Shown piece after piece: positions 6,662 to 14,851 of a DNA stretch of 33,634 nt (position 1 is its first letter; each line of letters begins with the position of its first letter). Source of the stretch: an uncultured Candidatus Saccharibacteria bacterium (GTDB taxonomy: Bacteria > Patescibacteriota > Minisyncoccia > UBA6257 > 2-01-FULL-56-20); NCBI GenBank assembly GCA_964577245.1, contig CAZNYI010000004.1:1-33634 (forward strand). The letters are read 5' to 3'. A program made the position numbers and the translations under genes. Below the pieces are notes generated by a model that saw only the letters and a list, made by a program, of their open reading frames with translations, ran no database searches and was not told the origin of the DNA.

Positions 6662-8341
6662 ATGCAAGCGGAAACGCGTACGTGTCAGAATTGCAAGGCC
6701 CAGTTCACGATAGCACCGGAAGATTTTGATTTCTGCTCAAAGATGGGGGTTAACGCTCCTGATCTTTGTTATGGGTGCGGAATTTCGCGGTTGATGGTGC
6801 TGCGCAACGAGAGAACGCTATACAAGGGGGAATGTGCGCGATGCAAGAGGGCGACCATCTCTCTCTATCGGTCGAATTCTCCCTATGTGGCGTATTGTCA
6901 CGATTGCTGGTGGAGCGATGAATGGGCAGGGGAGGAATATGCGGCGGAATATGATCCGGCGGAACCGTTATTCGAACAACTCAAGAAGCTACAGCTGAAA
7001 GTTCCTCGCGAGGCGCTTATCATCCTCAATTCCACAAATTCAGATTACGGGAACAACATTCGGGATTCAAAGGATTGCTATTTTAATTTCCAGGTTGCCA
7101 ACTGCGAGAACATGATGTATTCCTGGTGGATGGTGGGAAGCCGTGATTGTATTAATTGCCACAAGATAATGAATAGCGAGTTGCTTTTCTCGTGCTTCGA
7201 CATTATTAACTGCTATTCGAGCGCGTTTTTGAAAAACTGTATTGATTGCTCAAGTTGCTATTTTTCATACGATCTTCGTGGGTGTAATAATTGTATTTTT
7301 TCATATAATCTTCGCAATAAGTCTTATTGCATCGGCAATCGTCAATATGCAAAGGAAGAATACGAAGAGGAAGCAGCGAAGATTATCGATGGAAGCTATA
7401 AAACATTGCAAGTATCGCTCAAAAAATTCGAGGAGCTTCAAAGCGAGGCGATGCATCGGTTTGCGGATACTTACAAATGTGTTGATGTAACGGGTAATTA
7501 TATGGAAGAGTGCAAGGAAAGCTATTTTTCGTTTGATTCCGTAAAAACAGAGAAGGTGAAGAACGCCTCTCTTATCCTTAACTCAAAGAACTCTTTCTAT
7601 GGCTATTCGATAGGCCCACAGCCAACAGAATTGCTCTATGGAACCTGCGTAATAAAGGGAGGATCAAATCTAAAGTTTTGCTTCAATCTTTTCGCTTCAA
7701 ACGATTGTGCATGGGGTGATAGTTTGATCTCCTGCTCCAATTGCATCGCTTGCGTTGGCCTCAAGAAAAAAGAATATTGCATTCTGAACAAACAATATTC
7801 AAAGGACGCATTTCTTAAGATAAAAACAGCGCTCGCGGGAAAAGGTGAACTATCCGGATATGTTCCACCTACTTTTTCTACATTTGCATATAACGAAACC
7901 GCGGCGCAAGATAAATACCCGTTATCAAAAGAAGATGCGGTACGGCAGGGATATGAGTGGGCAGAAGAAGCGCTGATGACCACCGGCCAGGAAACGTTGA
8001 TGCCTGAAAAAATATCAGACAACGTGCAGGACGTGGGCGATTCCATTTTGAAGGAAATATTGAAATGCGTTGATTGCGGGAGAAATTACAGAGTGGTTGA
8101 GCGCGAGCTACAGATGTACAAAAAGTTTAATTTTCCAATATCACGGACCTGTCCGCAGTGCCGCCTTGAATATGGGCGGCTTCAGCGGCTGCCGTTTCTT
8201 CTTTGGAGCCGACCGTGTGGCTGTGAAAAAGATCACTCGCATCACAAAGGAAGGTGTCCGAATAGATTCGAGACCCCGTATGCGCCGGATCGTCCCGAGA
8301 TTGTTTATTGCGAACAGTGTTACAACGCGGAGGTCGCATAG
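6662..8341 (+). CDS. cysteine-rich protein with zinc-ribbon modules at both ends and a central Cys-repeat region
   Basis: 559 aa with 39 Cys by my count. N-terminal CxxC pairs (CQNC, CYGC, CARC, CHDC) and C-terminal pairs (CVDC, CPQC, CEQC). The central part has periodic motifs such as DCINC, NCIDCSSC and GCNNC. Confidence 0.85.
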   Translation: MQAETRTCQNCKAQFTIAPEDFDFCSKMGVNAPDLCYGCGISRLMVLRNERTLYKGECARCKRATISLYRSNSPYVAYCHDCWWSDEWAGEEYAAEYDPAEPLFEQLKKLQLKVPREALIILNSTNSDYGNNIRDSKDCYFNFQVANCENMMYSWWMVGSRDCINCHKIMNSELLFSCFDIINCYSSAFLKNCIDCSSCYFSYDLRGCNNCIFSYNLRNKSYCIGNRQYAKEEYEEEAAKIIDGSYKTLQVSLKKFEELQSEAMHRFADTYKCVDVTGNYMEECKESYFSFDSVKTEKVKNASLILNSKNSFYGYSIGPQPTELLYGTCVIKGGSNLKFCFNLFASNDCAWGDSLISCSNCIACVGLKKKEYCILNKQYSKDAFLKIKTALAGKGELSGYVPPTFSTFAYNETAAQDKYPLSKEDAVRQGYEWAEEALMTTGQETLMPEKISDNVQDVGDSILKEILKCVDCGRNYRVVERELQMYKKFNFPISRTCPQCRLEYGRLQRLPFLLWSRPCGCEKDHSHHKGRCPNRFETPYAPDRPEIVYCEQCYNAEVA

Positions 8342-8356
8342 GTGTAACAGAATACG

Positions 8357-8517
8357 GCCATCCTCACGCAATGTTCTGCGGGGGCTCCCGGAACCCCGAT
8401 TGGCTTGGTCCGAAATGCCATTGAGTGCATTTCGGCAATCGGGGTGAGGGAGCAGGGTGCGGCTCGCCGCAGGAGCGAGCCGACACCCGTACCCGCAGAA
8501 CATTGCGTGAGGATGGC
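8357..8517. repeat. 161-bp element closed by a perfect 26-bp inverted repeat (IR-1), interior almost fully paired
   Basis: Arms 8357-8382 and 8492-8517 are exact reverse complements. Interior pairings: 8384-8389/8448-8453, 8394-8402/8436-8444, 8410-8418/8427-8435, 8455-8459/8484-8488 and 8460-8467/8475-8482. Confidence 0.85.
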
Positions 8518-8525
8518 TTTTTTGT

Positions 8526-8554
8526 TTGACCAATGCGTATTCCATCGCTATACT
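8526..8554 (+). promoter_or_regulatory. candidate uvrA promoter
   Basis: TTGACC (8526-8531), 17-nt spacer, TATACT (8549-8554). It lies about 50 nt upstream of ATG 8612. Confidence 0.5.
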
Positions 8555-8611
8555 TCTTTTGATATACCCCTACAGAGCTTGGCTCGGGGGCAATTTCCGT
8601 ATTGCAAACAC

Positions 8612-11158
8612 ATGCCACAAGACAAAATCATCATTAAGGGCGCGCGCGAGCACAATCTGAAGAACATCAACCTGGAAATTCCACGGGATAAGATGGTGGT
8701 TTTTACGGGTCTCTCGGGGTCAGGGAAGTCCAGTTTGGCGTTTGATACGATCTTCGCCGAGGGTCAGCGTCGCTACATCGAATCGCTTTCCGCCTATGCG
8801 CGGCAGTTTTTGGGCCGTTTGGATAAGCCGGACGTGGATGACATTGAGGGCCTTTCGCCCGCGATCTCCATCGACCAAAAGAGCCATTCGGCGAATCCGC
8901 GCTCAACGGTCGCGACTATCACAGAGATCTATGACTATCTGCGCGTGCTGTTTGCCCGTGCCGGGAAGCCATATTGCCCAACGTGTGGCCGCGAGATCAA
9001 GAAACTTACCAACGAAGAGATCGTTGATGTGGCGATAGACATTGCGAACGAAAATAGCGGCGAGAAGGGCGCGAAAAAGAATATGGTTATTTTGGCGCCC
9101 GTGGTGCGCGGCAGAAAAGGGGAGTATTACCAGATGCTTTATGATTTCTTGAATGCGGGGTTCAGCGAAGTGCGCATTGACGGTAAATACCATTCACTCC
9201 GCGAGCGCGTGGAGCTTAGCCGTTACAAAGTGCACTCAATTGATCTTGTGGTGGACCGCATGCCGACCGGCATCAACTTCAAAGAAAAAGATAATCGTCT
9301 GCGGCTTTCCGAAGCGATCGAGCACGGCCTTAAATATGGCAACGATGTGGTGACGATCATTGCGGATAAAGAAGTTTCGCTTTCGGCAAAGTTTACGTGT
9401 CCGCACGACGGTTTTTCGTTTCCCGAAATTGAGCCGCGCCTCTTTTCGTTCAATAGCCCCTATGGCGCGTGCCCGGAATGCCATGGGCTTGGCACAAAAG
9501 ATCTGTGGTCCGAAGAGATCTGCCCGGTCTGTGCCGGCAAACGGCTGCGCGTGGAAAGTTTGAACGTTTTGATAGACGGGAAAAGCATCCAGACCGTGAC
9601 GGCGTTCTCGATTGAAGCGGCATACAAATTTTTTGACAAGATGAAGTTCAAAAACGCTTCGCTTATTGAAGTAGCCGAGGCGCCGCTCCGCGAGATCAAG
9701 AGCCGACTGAAGTTCATGGCTGACGTCGGTTTGGAGTATCTAACGCTGGATCGCAAGGCGGGAACGCTTTCCGGCGGTGAGGCACAGCGGATACGGCTCG
9801 CATCGCAGATCGGTTCGCGGCTCGTTGGCACGCTCTACATATTAGACGAGCCCACGATCGGTCTTCATCAGCGCGACAATGCGAAGCTCATCAAGACCCT
9901 ACAGGATCTGCGCGACCTTGGGAATACTATCATCGTGGTGGAACACGACGAAGAGACGATCCGCGAGTCGGATTACCTCGTGGATATCGGCCCAGCGGCG
10001 GGCATCCATGGCGGGCAAGTGGTGGCGGAAGGGCCGATCCCCGAGATATTAAAAGACATGAAAAAGGATTCGCTCACGCTGCAATATCTGCGCGGCAAAA
10101 AATTCATTGAAGTGCCCGAGAAACGGCGGAAGGTTATAGCGGCGGGCGAGAAGGGCAGTGGTGCGCAGGAGTCCTTGAAAATTCGCGGCGCGCACGCGAA
10201 CAACTTAAAGAATCTCAATGTTGATATTCCGTTGCGCCGGCTCGTGGCGGTGACGGGCGTTTCGGGTTCGGGAAAATCCAGTTTGGTCTATGACGTTTTG
10301 TATAAGGCGGTGGCAGACAAACTGAATCGCGCGAATTACAAAGCGGGTGGCTATACGCAGCTGCTCGGCTTGGAATATATCAACCGCATCATCAATATTG
10401 ACCAGGCAGCGATCGGCCGCACGCCGCGTTCCAATCCGGCCACTTACGTTGGCGCGTGGACGCACATTCGCGATCTTTTTGCGGCGACCGAAGACGCGCG
10501 TGTGCGCGGCTACAAACCGGGCCGGTTCAGCTTCAACGTGGCGGGCGGGCGCTGCGAGAACTGCGAAGGGCACGGCACGATCGCGATTGAAATGCACTTT
10601 TTGCCGACGGTCTATGTGACGTGCGACGTGTGCAAGGGCAAGCGCTTTGATCGCGAAACATTGGAGGTGGAATATCGCGGCAAGAGTATTTATGACATTT
10701 TGAAGATGACGATAGAGGAGGCCGTGAAATTCTTTGAAGACATTCCGTGGCTCTACGAAAAATTGACGATCCTTGAAGAGGTCGGGTTGGGATATCTTGA
10801 ACTCGGCCAGTCGGCGACCACTTTGTCTGGCGGCGAGGCGCAGCGCATCAAACTCTCCGCAGAGCTCGGCAAGCGCGATACGCGCCGCACGCTTTACCTG
10901 CTTGATGAGCCGACGACCGGTCTGCACTTTGCGGACATTGATCAATTGCTGAAAGTTTTGCAGCGGCTTGTTGATAAGGGAAACACGGTGGTTGTGATTG
11001 AGCACAATCTGGACGTCATCAAGACCGCCGATTGGGTGATAGACCTCGGTCCCGAAGGCGGCGAGCGCGGCGGCCGCGTGATCGCGGAGGGCACGCCGGA
11101 GGAGATAGCGCGGAAGGCAGGGAGCGCGACGGGGGAATATTTAAGAAAGGTGCTGTAG
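8612..11158 (+). CDS. uvrA: excinuclease ABC subunit A
   Basis: Begins [19 protein letters not shown]. Two Walker A motifs ([18 protein letters not shown]), two LSGGEAQRI signatures, and zinc modules CPTC, CPEC..CPVC and CENC..CDVC. The track start 8405 reads through IR-1 and is rejected. Confidence 0.95.
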   Translation: MPQDKIIIKGAREHNLKNINLEIPRDKMVVFTGLSGSGKSSLAFDTIFAEGQRRYIESLSAYARQFLGRLDKPDVDDIEGLSPAISIDQKSHSANPRSTVATITEIYDYLRVLFARAGKPYCPTCGREIKKLTNEEIVDVAIDIANENSGEKGAKKNMVILAPVVRGRKGEYYQMLYDFLNAGFSEVRIDGKYHSLRERVELSRYKVHSIDLVVDRMPTGINFKEKDNRLRLSEAIEHGLKYGNDVVTIIADKEVSLSAKFTCPHDGFSFPEIEPRLFSFNSPYGACPECHGLGTKDLWSEEICPVCAGKRLRVESLNVLIDGKSIQTVTAFSIEAAYKFFDKMKFKNASLIEVAEAPLREIKSRLKFMADVGLEYLTLDRKAGTLSGGEAQRIRLASQIGSRLVGTLYILDEPTIGLHQRDNAKLIKTLQDLRDLGNTIIVVEHDEETIRESDYLVDIGPAAGIHGGQVVAEGPIPEILKDMKKDSLTLQYLRGKKFIEVPEKRRKVIAAGEKGSGAQESLKIRGAHANNLKNLNVDIPLRRLVAVTGVSGSGKSSLVYDVLYKAVADKLNRANYKAGGYTQLLGLEYINRIINIDQAAIGRTPRSNPATYVGAWTHIRDLFAATEDARVRGYKPGRFSFNVAGGRCENCEGHGTIAIEMHFLPTVYVTCDVCKGKRFDRETLEVEYRGKSIYDILKMTIEEAVKFFEDIPWLYEKLTILEEVGLGYLELGQSATTLSGGEAQRIKLSAELGKRDTRRTLYLLDEPTTGLHFADIDQLLKVLQRLVDKGNTVVVIEHNLDVIKTADWVIDLGPEGGERGGRVIAEGTPEEIARKAGSATGEYLRKVL

Positions 11159-11310
11159 GGCGGGTGCATGCGTTGCGGTTTTGAAGCCTGGCTTCGGGAG
11201 AGATGGATGTTTGCTTTTTGCTGCTTGGCACTCTCCTTCTGATTTATAATCACGTCTATCGCTGATGGCCCTCTCGCACGGCTTCAAAACCGCAACGCAT
11301 GCACCCGCCC
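11158..11310. repeat. 153-bp element closed by a perfect 31-bp inverted repeat (IR-2)
   Basis: Arms 11158-11188 and 11280-11310 are exact reverse complements, separated by a 91-nt interior. The left arm starts at the last base of the uvrA stop codon. Confidence 0.85.
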
Positions 11311-11344
11311 CCACAACCCTTATTTTATTGGCTATTTGCGGCTA

Positions 11345-11374
11345 TTGACAATTATGCCTATTATAGTGTATACT
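11345..11374 (+). promoter_or_regulatory. candidate promoter of 179-aa gene
   Basis: TTGACA (11345-11350), 18-nt spacer, TATACT (11369-11374). It would give a leader of about 70 nt ending in AAGGAGA (11439-11445). Confidence 0.5.
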
Positions 11375-11452
11375 ATAGTCAGTGCGGTAAGCTGGGTACC
11401 GAAATTCCCAGCCCGCTTCGGCGGAATCAGCTATTAACAAGGAGAAGTATAT

Positions 11453-11992
11453 ATGGCTACGTGGAAGCTCGTTTGCATGGGTTTGGCGGCTGTGGTGGCC
11501 CTGTTCGCGATCTGGAACTGGATCTGCCTCCGCAAAAAGAGACAGGAAGAAGAAAAGGAACGCCGCCGCGCTGAACTCATAAAGCAAGCGGATGACGCCG
11601 GTCGCAAGACCAACGATCACCGGATGAACGTAAGCAATCGCATCTTCAACGCGTTGACCGATGCGGCGATGCTAAACTCCCACTGCAGGATTGCTGTCAA
11701 GCGGTGGGACGACGACAACCCTTACTGCGTGAGGGTCGGCATCTACGAGCCGGCGCGGGGCGCGGAATACGCCCATTTCCCTGGATTGCAAATCCTCGAG
11801 GTGCGTGTCGGCGTCTGCCTTCCACTCGGTGAGTATAAGGGCTCATCCATTAAGCCGCTCACCATCTTCTTCGGTCCCGCTAAGTTGCAGATGTTCAACA
11901 ATGGCAAAGAAGAAGAGCTCACGTCGCTCCTTTTCTTCCTTGCTCGTTACGTCAGCGACTACGGCGTGCGCGAGGAAGCGACCATCTCCTAG
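11453..11992 (+). CDS. hypothetical membrane-anchored protein, 179 aa
   Basis: SD AAGGAGA lies 7 nt upstream. There is an N-terminal TM helix (LVCMGLAAVVALFAIWNWICL), then a charged stretch and a globular part. No motif recognised. Confidence 0.75.
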   Translation: MATWKLVCMGLAAVVALFAIWNWICLRKKRQEEEKERRRAELIKQADDAGRKTNDHRMNVSNRIFNALTDAAMLNSHCRIAVKRWDDDNPYCVRVGIYEPARGAEYAHFPGLQILEVRVGVCLPLGEYKGSSIKPLTIFFGPAKLQMFNNGKEEELTSLLFFLARYVSDYGVREEATIS

Positions 11993-12000
11993 ATTCAAGA

Positions 12001-12041
12001 GGGGAATCCGCATGGAGGCCAACAAGCCCCACGGATTCCCC
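12001..12041 (+). terminator. hairpin after 179-aa gene (no U tract)
   Basis: GGGGAATCCG (12001-12010) pairs perfectly with CGGATTCCCC (12032-12041), with a 21-nt loop. Confidence 0.35.
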
Positions 12042-12094
12042 GATTACCTAAGTTCGATATTCAAAATAGCGAGTTTAGGTGATGACGACAAATT

Positions 12095-12103
12095 TGCTAT
12101 AAT
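12095..12103 (+). promoter_or_regulatory. extended -10 promoter, leaderless start
   Basis: TGcTATAAT (12095-12103), then 6 nt to ATG 12110. Confidence 0.6.
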
Positions 12104-12109
12104 TAACCT

Positions 12110-12400
12110 ATGATCAAAATCATTGGCAACGACCTGTATCGCGCGGGGGAAAAGATCGGCTATATGGATACTAAGCATGTGTGGGGGCACGATGGCAAGA
12201 AGCTCGGCTACTTTGACGACCGCACGGTGTGGGGTGAGGACGGCCGCAAACTTGCCTTCATTGACGGCGATTTTCTTATCTCCTATGGCGCGAGCGGCGA
12301 AGAATCAAAAGTGCGCCTGGAAACAATGAACGAGCAAGTGGAGGGCGGCGTGATGCCCGGCATCCAAAAATGCGCGGTGTATGTGCTGCTCGGGGAGTAG
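12110..12400 (+). CDS. small repeat protein, 96 aa (three tandem 16-residue repeats)
   Basis: The repeats are YRAGEKIGYMDTKHVW, GHDGKKLGYFDDRTVW and GEDGRKLAFIDGDFLI. The gene has a leaderless promoter directly upstream. Confidence 0.7.
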   Translation: MIKIIGNDLYRAGEKIGYMDTKHVWGHDGKKLGYFDDRTVWGEDGRKLAFIDGDFLISYGASGEESKVRLETMNEQVEGGVMPGIQKCAVYVLLGE

Positions 12401-12411
12401 TGTAAAAATTT

Positions 12412-12972
12412 ATGGGGAATCAGCAGGAAAAGATAGGCCCAATTGAATCAGATGCCCAAGAGCGCGCTCTTAGTGCTGGCTTGGAAATTGAAAAAAAATT
12501 GGAACTCTCCGAGCGAGTCGTCTCCGGTTTAAGGGGAAAGGGTTTATATATTACTACGATTGAATCTTGTACGGGCGGCGGATTGGCATATTCAATCACT
12601 AATACTCCGGGAGCAAGCGAGGTTATGAAGGATTCATTTGTAACTTATTCAAACGAAGCGAAAATAGCATTGGGGGTTCCGGCAGAAATTATTGATAAAT
12701 ATACGGTTTATTCTCAAGAAACCGCTCAGGCAATGGCCGCAGCGGGACTAAAAAAATCAATACGTGCTGACGTTGCGGTCGGTATTACCGGAAGCATCTC
12801 GCGCGCCGATCCTGCGAATGAGAACTCGGTTCCCGGGGTTATCTATTTTGCGGTGAAATATGGGGACAACGTTGTCAGCAAGGAACTTAATATCTCCGCC
12901 GATCGTCGCTTTGATGTCCAAGAGAAGATTATAGAAGAGGCATTGCTTACTGTTTTAGAAGTCATAAAATAA
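12412..12972 (+). CDS. pncC: CinA C-terminal domain protein (nicotinamide-nucleotide amidase family)
   Basis: Contains 'TIESCTGGGLAYSITNTPGAS..F..(V)TYSNEAK...LGV' and 'AVGITGSI', typical of the CinA_C/PncC domain. It carries an N-terminal extension of about 40 aa. Confidence 0.8.
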   Translation: MGNQQEKIGPIESDAQERALSAGLEIEKKLELSERVVSGLRGKGLYITTIESCTGGGLAYSITNTPGASEVMKDSFVTYSNEAKIALGVPAEIIDKYTVYSQETAQAMAAAGLKKSIRADVAVGITGSISRADPANENSVPGVIYFAVKYGDNVVSKELNISADRRFDVQEKIIEEALLTVLEVIK

Positions 12973-12977
12973 GCTTT

Positions 12978-14294
12978 ATGGAGAAGCTTATTAGCCAGGG
13001 TGGTTACAAAAAACTTCCCGAAACCCCGGGCGTCTATATCATGCGGGACGCCGCCGGCCGCGTGCTCTATGTGGGCAAGGCGGGGAATTTGCGCCGGCGG
13101 GTTTCGAGTTATTTTGAGCGGCCGCACGATGTGCGGATTGAGGCACTCGTGGCAAAAATTAAAAAGATAGATCACGAGAAAACGGATACGGCGCTTGAGG
13201 CGTTGATCCGCGAGGCAGAGCTGATACGCGAATATATGCCGCCCTATAATGTGCGCGAGAAAGACGACAAAAGTTTTTTGTATATTGAGATCACAAAAGA
13301 AAAGTTCCCGCGCGTGCTTTTGGCGCGCGGCCCATCCGCGGGCGGCTCGGGGAAGCGTTTCGGGCCGTTCACGTCGGCGTCGAGTGTGCGTGAAGCGTTG
13401 AAGATCTTGCGGCGGATATTTCCGTGGAGCGCGCATGATCCGGAGCGCATAGGCAAATTTGCGCGGCCCTGTTTTGATTATGAGATCGGGCTTTGCCCGG
13501 GAACGTGCGTGGGCATGTGCGTGCGCGAGGAATATTTGAAGAACATTGCGCGCCTGGAACTTTTTTTGGAAGGCAAGAAAAAACGGTTGCTGGGGTCACT
13601 CACAAAAGAAATGACTGCGGCAGGCCGCACGCTTGAATTTGAAACTGCCGAGAAGTTGCGGCGGCAGATCTTTGCACTACGGCACATCCGCGATACGGCG
13701 CTTATTCACGATGCGGAGGTGCTTGCACCGGGAACGCCGGACGGGCGGGACGGTCCTGCGGGGCGCGACGCGGGTGGGCACGGCTACCGCATAGAGGGCT
13801 ATGACATTTCAAATATTTCCGGCACTGCGGCGGTCGGTTCGATGGTGGTGTTTGAAAACGGCGAGCCGAACAAAGATGAATATCGTAAATTTAAGATCCG
13901 CAGTATTTTCAAACCGAACGATGTGGGCATGCTCACGGAAGTGCTTGAGCGCCGATTCCATCACGGTACGGGCGGTACGAGTAGCACGAAAGACGTGGCG
14001 CGCGCGGCCATGCGCGGCGAGCGATGGCGCATGCCCGATCTTGTTTTAATAGACGGCGGTCTTGCGCAGGCGAACGCCGCGCATCGCGTGCTTTTGCGCG
14101 CCGGGTTGCGCATCCCGATCGTGGGCATTGCGAAAGGCCCCGAGCGTAAACGGAACGACATTATTGGAGCTATCCCGAAAGGTGTTACGAAACTTACGCT
14201 GATCCGCGTGCGCGACGAAGCGCACCGGTTCGCGATCGGCTATCACAAAGCGCTCCGCAAGCGCACGTTTATTGAGCGGCCGCTACGATCGTAA
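12978..14294 (+). CDS. uvrC: excinuclease ABC subunit C, short form lacking the C-terminal (HhH)2 region
   Basis: GIY-YIG (GVYIMRDAAGRVLYVGKAGNLRRRVSSYF). UVR motif (TLEFETAEKLRRQIFALRHI). Endonuclease core (EGYDISNISGTAAVGSMVVF...YRKFKI...DEAHRFAI). Only 438 aa. Confidence 0.9.
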   Translation: MEKLISQGGYKKLPETPGVYIMRDAAGRVLYVGKAGNLRRRVSSYFERPHDVRIEALVAKIKKIDHEKTDTALEALIREAELIREYMPPYNVREKDDKSFLYIEITKEKFPRVLLARGPSAGGSGKRFGPFTSASSVREALKILRRIFPWSAHDPERIGKFARPCFDYEIGLCPGTCVGMCVREEYLKNIARLELFLEGKKKRLLGSLTKEMTAAGRTLEFETAEKLRRQIFALRHIRDTALIHDAEVLAPGTPDGRDGPAGRDAGGHGYRIEGYDISNISGTAAVGSMVVFENGEPNKDEYRKFKIRSIFKPNDVGMLTEVLERRFHHGTGGTSSTKDVARAAMRGERWRMPDLVLIDGGLAQANAAHRVLLRAGLRIPIVGIAKGPERKRNDIIGAIPKGVTKLTLIRVRDEAHRFAIGYHKALRKRTFIERPLRS

Positions 14295-14829
14295 CGGTCG
14301 GACTCGTGATGGGCGAAAGATGATTGCCGTCAAAAGAAATCCGGACGACATAACTGCCTGGCACCACCGTGATTTTTGCGGGGCTGGTGCGGCTCATAAG
14401 AAGGTCGCGCGTGTTCCATGTGTAAGAAGTCTGACGTGCGTCGATTTGGTTCAATATCACTCCGACCAGTTTATAAGTGGCGGCGTCGAGTAATTCTATC
14501 TGTCCTGTTACCCCGCCTGCCCGATCCCAACTGATAAGATTTTGACGCGTGATCGTCCACACGTTGTTTGCCGTCGGCGTGACAAGATGGATGCTTTGGG
14601 TGGTTGGCGTGGGCGCCGGCGATGGCGTTACCGGTTTGGAAACGGTGTTGGTGGTAGTGGCAAGCGCGATAGCCGCGGTCGCGGAAGTGGTGGATGACGA
14701 GACGATAACAGTGGTCACGGGTCCCGGCGTTCCACTCCAGCTTTTTCCGACGAAAAACGCAGTGCCCGCGACGACGATGGCCAAGAGCGCGACAATAGCA
14801 ACCCAGTCATATTTGTTTATAATAGGCAT
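14269..14829 (-). CDS. membrane-anchored exoprotein with Ser/Thr/Pro-rich linker
   Basis: N-terminal TM helix (WVAIVALLAIVVAGTAFFV), an S/T/P-rich linker and a C-terminal beta-rich domain. Its 3' end overlaps the uvrC 3' end by 26 nt, and the two genes converge. Confidence 0.75.
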   Translation of the reverse strand: MPIINKYDWVAIVALLAIVVAGTAFFVGKSWSGTPGPVTTVIVSSSTTSATAAIALATTTNTVSKPVTPSPAPTPTTQSIHLVTPTANNVWTITRQNLISWDRAGGVTGQIELLDAATYKLVGVILNQIDARQTSYTWNTRDLLMSRTSPAKITVVPGSYVVRISFDGNHLSPITSPTVTIVAAAQ

Positions 14830-14835
14830 ACCATA

Positions 14836-14845
14836 ATGATACTAT
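14836..14845. promoter_or_regulatory. overlapping back-to-back -10 boxes for two divergent leaderless genes
   Basis: Plus strand: TGaTACTAT (14837-14845), N6, ATG 14852. Minus strand: TATCAT (14841-14836), N6, ATG 14829. The whole intergenic gap is 22 nt. Confidence 0.45.
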
Positions 14846-14851
14846 AAAGCT

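Noticed and set aside
8405-8611. A 69-codon N-terminal extension of UvrA as given by the ORF track
   Set aside because: It reads through IR-1 and the TTGACC-N17-TATACT promoter. Canonical UvrA begins at [16 protein letters not shown] (ATG 8612).
10205-11005. Long antisense ORFs inside GC-rich genes (10205-11005, 4884-5492, 19257-19739, 15667-16110, 16719-17240, all on the minus strand)
   Set aside because: They lie opposite genes with unmistakable motifs (uvrA, ABC exporter, MacA, ECF sigma). Their composition is Arg/His-rich and they have no initiation signals.
8357-11310. IR-1 and IR-2 as MITEs or transposon ends flanking uvrA
   Set aside because: There are no target-site duplications at either element. 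The two elements share no sequence, and there is no transposase. This cannot be excluded without a genome-wide copy search, so both are reported as repeats of unknown nature.
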